Shown here: piece after piece, positions 60,223 through 64,000 of the stretch
Layout of the letters: each line of letters starts with the position of its first letter
Position numbering within the stretch: position 1 is the stretch's first letter
Assembly: GCA_021791275.1 (NCBI GenBank)
Contig: JAJYWX010000007.1
Location: 4,918-68,917 of the forward strand
DNA: 64,000 nucleotides
Direction of reading: 5' to 3'
Source: a bacterium
GTDB taxonomy: Bacteria; Patescibacteriota; Dojkabacteria; JAKAPS01; JAJZLI01
Notes under the pieces: generated by a model
Databases searched by the model: none
What the model saw: only the letters and a program-made list of their open reading frames with translations
What the model was told of the DNA's origin: nothing
Translations under genes and position numbers: made by a program

Positions 60223-60771
60223 ATGACTAATCTTTTTCATGATGTAAATCCAGGGGAAGAAGTCCCTAAAAAAATATTAATGGTTGTAGAAAATCCTTCA
60301 GGTTATAGAGGTAAGTTGGAATATAATAAAAAATTAGGGGCAATGTTTCTAGATAGAGTAAGTTATTCCGATTTAGTGTATCCTGTGGAGTATGGATTTA
60401 TTCCTCAAAGTTGGAATAAATATGATAATGATCCAATGGACATAATGTGTTTATCCTCTGTTCAGACATATCCTTCAGTTTTAATAAGTGTAAGAGTTTT
60501 GGGGATGTTAAAAATGGAAGATACAGGAGAGCTTGATCATAAAATTTTTGGAGTACCAGAGGATGATCCAATTTATAATAGTGTCGATTCATTAGATGAG
60601 ATTAATGAGCATGTCATAAAAAGGATAGAATTCTACTTTGAAAATTATAAAAAACTCATGAAAAATAAGGAAGTAAAAATATTGGGGTGGGAAGGAAAAG
60701 ATGAGGCATATAGATTTATAGAAGAAACTATATTAGAATATCAAAAGAAGTTTAAAAAGGGGGGTGAGTAA
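60223..60771 (+). CDS. ppa: Inorganic pyrophosphatase (family I)
   Basis: DPMDIMCL ... VRVLGMLKMEDTGELDHKIFGVP (the DxDxxD / 'DDKI' metal-binding blocks). Confidence 0.8.
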   Translation: MTNLFHDVNPGEEVPKKILMVVENPSGYRGKLEYNKKLGAMFLDRVSYSDLVYPVEYGFIPQSWNKYDNDPMDIMCLSSVQTYPSVLISVRVLGMLKMEDTGELDHKIFGVPEDDPIYNSVDSLDEINEHVIKRIEFYFENYKKLMKNKEVKILGWEGKDEAYRFIEETILEYQKKFKKGGE

Positions 60772-60773
60772 AC

Positions 60774-60962
60774 TTGAAAGATTCTAAAAATGTTCAAAAA
60801 GTATTCTTTTATCTAGGAGTAATATGTGTTATATTGGCAGCTTTAGGTGGATTATCTTATGGCTTAAGATTTTTACTTAAACCTAGTGATTGGATTTTAG
60901 TTGCAATAGTATTTATGTTGCTATCCTTGGATGCAAAGAGTGGTAGTACATTTATGAAATAA
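60774..60962 (+). CDS. DUF378-like small membrane protein
   Basis: 62 aa, two TM segments, VILAALGGLSYGLRFLL resembling DUF378 'GALNWGL'. Confidence 0.4.
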   Translation: MKDSKNVQKVFFYLGVICVILAALGGLSYGLRFLLKPSDWILVAIVFMLLSLDAKSGSTFMK

Positions 60963-60971
60963 AGGTTTTTT

Positions 60972-61973
60972 ATGAATAGTATTTTGAAAAATAGAAATAT
61001 TTTATTGGTTCTTTTTGCAATAATTTTTCTATTTTTATTCTTCTTTGCTTTTGGATTTGGGATATATTCTGTTTTATTAGGAATTCTTTTTCTGATTTTC
61101 ATAGTAACCTTTATTTTTATCTTAAATAGGTATTCTCAAGATATTAGAAAGGTTGAAGAATTAAACCAAAAACTATCTGAGAATGACTACGCTTTTTCTC
61201 CGGTTTTTTCAAGTAAGACTTTTATAGATCTTGGAAAGAATATAGATAATCTAAAAGGGAAAATATCTCTTTCTAAGCAAGATATATCTTCAATGGATAA
61301 AATGAAAGAAGATTTTATATATCTTGTATCTCATAATCTTAGAACTCCAATCGTAACATTATTCGGTTATTTAGATATCCTAAATTCCAGCAAAAATTTA
61401 TCTGAAGATGATAAAAATATTTTACTCAGAATACATACATCATTAACAGATCTTAATAAGATAGTTGAACAAACATTATCTTTAGTTTACTTAGAATCTC
61501 CAGATTTTAAATTAAATATAGAAAGATTTAATTTAAATAGTTTTGTAAAAGATACAATAGAGGATTCTGCTAAAGGTAAGGATGTTTCTTTGGGGTTTTC
61601 TTTGTCTGATGATATAGGGGAAGTAGAGTCAGATAAAAGTATTATAGAAAAATCTATTGTAAATATAATTGATAATTCATTGAAATTTAATCATCAGGGT
61701 GGGCTGATATCTACTGCAACTTATAAAGAAGGTAATTTTTATGTTATAAAAATTTCAGATACGGGAATTGGAATATCTCAAAAAGATATAGAAGATATAT
61801 TTAAACCTTTTGTAAGGAAAACTAGTGTTTTAGATTATAATTATGAGGGGCTTGGACTTGGACTTTATACTGTTAAAGTAGCATTAGATAAAATTAAAGG
61901 AGATATAAAAGTAAACTCTATTCCTAATAAAGGTTCTGATTTTTTGATATATATTCCCGAAAAAATTAGATAA
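60972..61973 (+). CDS. Sensor histidine kinase
   Basis: Two TM segments; H-box YLVSHNLRTPIVTLFGY; N-box IVNIIDNSLKFN; DTGIGIS; GLGLGLYTV. Confidence 0.8.
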   Translation: MNSILKNRNILLVLFAIIFLFLFFFAFGFGIYSVLLGILFLIFIVTFIFILNRYSQDIRKVEELNQKLSENDYAFSPVFSSKTFIDLGKNIDNLKGKISLSKQDISSMDKMKEDFIYLVSHNLRTPIVTLFGYLDILNSSKNLSEDDKNILLRIHTSLTDLNKIVEQTLSLVYLESPDFKLNIERFNLNSFVKDTIEDSAKGKDVSLGFSLSDDIGEVESDKSIIEKSIVNIIDNSLKFNHQGGLISTATYKEGNFYVIKISDTGIGISQKDIEDIFKPFVRKTSVLDYNYEGLGLGLYTVKVALDKIKGDIKVNSIPNKGSDFLIYIPEKIR

Positions 61974-62038
61974 AAAAGTTGTTGACTTTTGCTAAAAATT
62001 GTTTTAATCTATGGATAGATTAAATTTATAAAAAGATT

Positions 62039-62542
62039 ATGAGTGAAGTTGTAACAAATTTTTCCAAGTATTCTGATAAAGATCCAAGTTCATTTGATAA
62101 AATGTCTGGATCTAATAATAAAATAATTGCAATAGTGGTAATTATAGTTGTTGTAGTAGTTATACTTTATTATATTTTCAGTACATATTTCTCTAGTGGA
62201 TATTATAATTCTTTTATGTCAATGAGTGGGGCTTCTGGCTATCAAGCAGTAGTTTTAAATGATTCTAATTTAAATATATATTTTGGAAAAATTGTTGGAA
62301 GAACCTCAAGATCAATTTATTTAACAAATGTTTTTTATCTTAAAGCTAATAGTACTACAGGAAGTAAAAACTCTAGTTCTTCTCCTCAATACTCATTAGT
62401 TCATCTTACTCCTACATATTCTTATGGTGCTTTAGATGAAATGCAAATAAATGAGTCAAATGTTCTATTTGTAGAGAATTTATCTTCAAAATCTACGGTA
62501 TATTCTGCAATTCTTAACTATTATAAAACTCATAAGAACTAA
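62039..62542 (+). CDS. Hypothetical membrane-anchored protein
   Basis: N-terminal TM segment (IIAIVVIIVVVVVILYYIF), S/N-rich body. Confidence 0.3.
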   Translation: MSEVVTNFSKYSDKDPSSFDKMSGSNNKIIAIVVIIVVVVVILYYIFSTYFSSGYYNSFMSMSGASGYQAVVLNDSNLNIYFGKIVGRTSRSIYLTNVFYLKANSTTGSKNSSSSPQYSLVHLTPTYSYGALDEMQINESNVLFVENLSSKSTVYSAILNYYKTHKN

Positions 62543-62544
62543 AT

Positions 62545-63207
62545 ATGAGAATAAAACATACTTTAGAAAATCCTCTAGATAGTAAATTAGAGGTCAATTG
62601 GTTTAAAGTCGTCTGGTTTGTAGGCTTTGCTGCGATAATTTTATCTTTAGGGCTTGTTATTGGGGCATCACTTGGGAGTCCATATCAACCGACATATATT
62701 ACTCCTGCAGTAAAATCAGTGTCGTTTAACTCTTTTAGCCAAAATAAAAGTAAAGATGGAGTATTAAATTTAGGGTTAACGGGATCTAACCTTAATCAAT
62801 ATGGACCATATTCAACTATCAGTATATCTCTTTCAAGCGTAGAAGTTGAAAATTCTAAGAATCATTGGGTTGCAATTCCAGTAAAGAATAACTTGGTGGA
62901 GTTATCAAGCTATATTAGTACACCTAATCAAACTAATATATATTATTTATCAAAAGTTAATCTTCCTTATGGTAAATATCTAGGAATTAAGCTTTATTTT
63001 AGTGATGTAAATTTCACATTAAGTAATGGACAAAATATAAATATACCCCTATATAATACTCGGGTAAATATACCAAAAAAATTTGATATCATATCATCAA
63101 AAAATACATATATTGCACCGGTGTTTAACCTTGGAAGTATGGTAGAAAGTATTGGAGGAGAATATAGTTTTTCTCCTAATATATTGCAAACTAATCTAGA
63201 TTATTAG
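62545..63207 (+). CDS. Hypothetical membrane-anchored protein
   Basis: N-terminal TM segment; no motif recognised. Confidence 0.3.
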   Translation: MRIKHTLENPLDSKLEVNWFKVVWFVGFAAIILSLGLVIGASLGSPYQPTYITPAVKSVSFNSFSQNKSKDGVLNLGLTGSNLNQYGPYSTISISLSSVEVENSKNHWVAIPVKNNLVELSSYISTPNQTNIYYLSKVNLPYGKYLGIKLYFSDVNFTLSNGQNINIPLYNTRVNIPKKFDIISSKNTYIAPVFNLGSMVESIGGEYSFSPNILQTNLDY

Positions 63208-63213
63208 GATCTG

Positions 63214-63747
63214 TTATCTACAGGTCCAAGCGTCAAGTCCACCTTCAGATATTTTTAGTGCCATAGCATATATTTGTGCCTGTGCATTCCATATACCTCC
63301 AGAACTATATATATTCCAAGATCCATAGAACGTAGATGGCATAAATTGTGCTATTCCTGATGCACCTGATGGGTTCTGGGCGTAAGGGTTATACCCACTC
63401 TCACATGCTATTATACTATTCATTAATGCAGCACTCACACCATATTTAGCCGAAGCAGCATTAATAATGCTTTGATATGAATTATTATTTGTACTTACAA
63501 CTGCCGGAGCAATATAAGTATAACTTCTATATACCACAGTAGATGAACTTATATTTTCACTTACTGTTGGTAATTTTTTCACCCTTGTTGTTAAAACTAT
63601 ATTCTTACCTTTAAAATAACTTGCTACAACAGTACTATGAGGAATTTGATTCTTCGATAGGGCTGGTTTTGTAATTATTAATAAAGGAAAAATTAGGAAA
63701 GCAGTAACAAGCATTAAGCTTGCGGAAAGTTTTCCAATTGTATTCAT
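63214..63747 (-). CDS. Lytic transglycosylase (SLT/Rpf-like) domain protein with N-terminal anchor
   Basis: C-terminal domain AALMNSIIACESGYNPYAQNPSGASGIAQFMPSTF (catalytic ES / 'GxxQ' transglycosylase signature). Confidence 0.55.
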   Translation of the reverse strand: MNTIGKLSASLMLVTAFLIFPLLIITKPALSKNQIPHSTVVASYFKGKNIVLTTRVKKLPTVSENISSSTVVYRSYTYIAPAVVSTNNNSYQSIINAASAKYGVSAALMNSIIACESGYNPYAQNPSGASGIAQFMPSTFYGSWNIYSSGGIWNAQAQIYAMALKISEGGLDAWTCR

Positions 63748-63906
63748 TAAGTGTATTGTAATTTAATATTAGCTCTTAACAAAAAAAATCTTCTTTGTTA
63801 AGAAGAAATAATAAGCACAAGGGTTATTGTAACATTTAAATGTATCCTAAGTCAAGTAATATGGGTATGTTGGGGTAAAAATTAAATCATTATATCCTTA
63901 GAAAAG

Positions 63907-63952
63907 GTTGGAGAGAGGGGGTTTTTGTGTTTTTCAACACATAGTCCCCTCT
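63907..63952 (-). terminator. Possible rho-independent terminator for a minus-strand gene ending just inside the window edge
   Basis: Perfect 10-bp GC-rich inverted repeat GAGAGAGGGG...CCCCTCTCTC. On the minus strand it is followed by CAACCTTTTCT. A minus-strand frame entering from beyond 64000 stops at about 63970. Confidence 0.3.
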
Positions 63953-64000
63953 CTCATGGGTTAATGGTTTTTAGCTTGCATCAGTCCTTTCCGCTCTGAA

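Noticed and set aside
63780-64000. Possibility that the GC-richer terminal 220 bp begins a structured RNA gene (rRNA, RNase P, tmRNA, SRP RNA)
   Set aside because: There is no match to the conserved 5-prime or 3-prime ends of 16S/23S/5S, RNase P, tmRNA or 4.5S RNA that I can recognise. It is interpreted as a terminator hairpin plus the end of an out-of-window gene.

Overview
The window is AT-rich (about 28-30% GC) and densely coding, from a bacterium with compact genes. From a short 693-aa AlaRS, a truncated SufD, a truncated ATP synthase epsilon and many small proteins, I infer a reduced-genome lineage (CPR/Patescibacteria-like, or a streamlined Firmicute-like organism); this is inference only.

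Recognisable housekeeping content, in order:
- Partial TypA/BipA 3-prime end, GH1 beta-glucosidase, GH13 alpha-amylase-family enzyme.
- DEAD-box helicase with an adjacent RRM protein.
- NifS/IscS cysteine desulfurase.
- tRNA-Cys immediately upstream of alaS, followed by ruvX and mltG.
- RNase HI, rpsT, lepA, a polysaccharide deacetylase, a UbiA/DPPR-type prenyltransferase, a UvrD/PcrA helicase, an IMPDH-family enzyme.
- A long Fe-S assembly operon: nfu-fdx-sufB-sufD-rieske-rrf2-sufC-sufS-sufU.
- An F1Fo ATP synthase operon atpF-H-A-G-D-C that lacks atpB and atpE.
- Inorganic pyrophosphatase and three apparently intact sensor histidine kinases. One (29354..30316) is followed by a single-domain receiver (30329..30736), the only response regulator in the window; the other two (17260..18513 and 60972..61973) have no adjacent regulator.

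Accessory and unusual content:
1. A roughly 4.3-kb island (about 11.6-16.0 kb) abutting the 3-prime end of tRNA-Asn. It carries vapBC, a Phd-like/Doc pair, a GC-rich (foreign-looking) DUF5680-like gene, a DUF3800 gene and a gene remnant. Imperfect 370/265-bp direct repeats bracket it; one copy has a microhomology-mediated 97-bp deletion.
2. Two adjacent degenerate histidine-kinase genes. One has its HATPase domain shifted out of frame at an A7 homopolymer. The other has Gln in place of the phospho-accepting His.
3. A roughly 10-kb pair of divergent operons (44.8-54.3 kb) encoding paralogous secreted Ser/Thr/Asn-rich proteins. It includes a tandemly duplicated LamG-like lectin domain, proteins sharing a conserved C-terminal ...TPAGxYxDNVTYxATGNF module, and small partners with a signal peptide plus a C-terminal TM anchor. 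The architecture is reminiscent of WxL/DUF916-DUF3324 (csc) surface-complex loci.
4. Two paralogous membrane proteins flanking the atp operon. Their C-terminal TM hairpins carry a GIG...(S/A)RNP(L) loop resembling ATP-synthase c subunits, but they lack the proton-binding carboxylate.

No rRNA, CRISPR array or intact transposase/integrase was seen.
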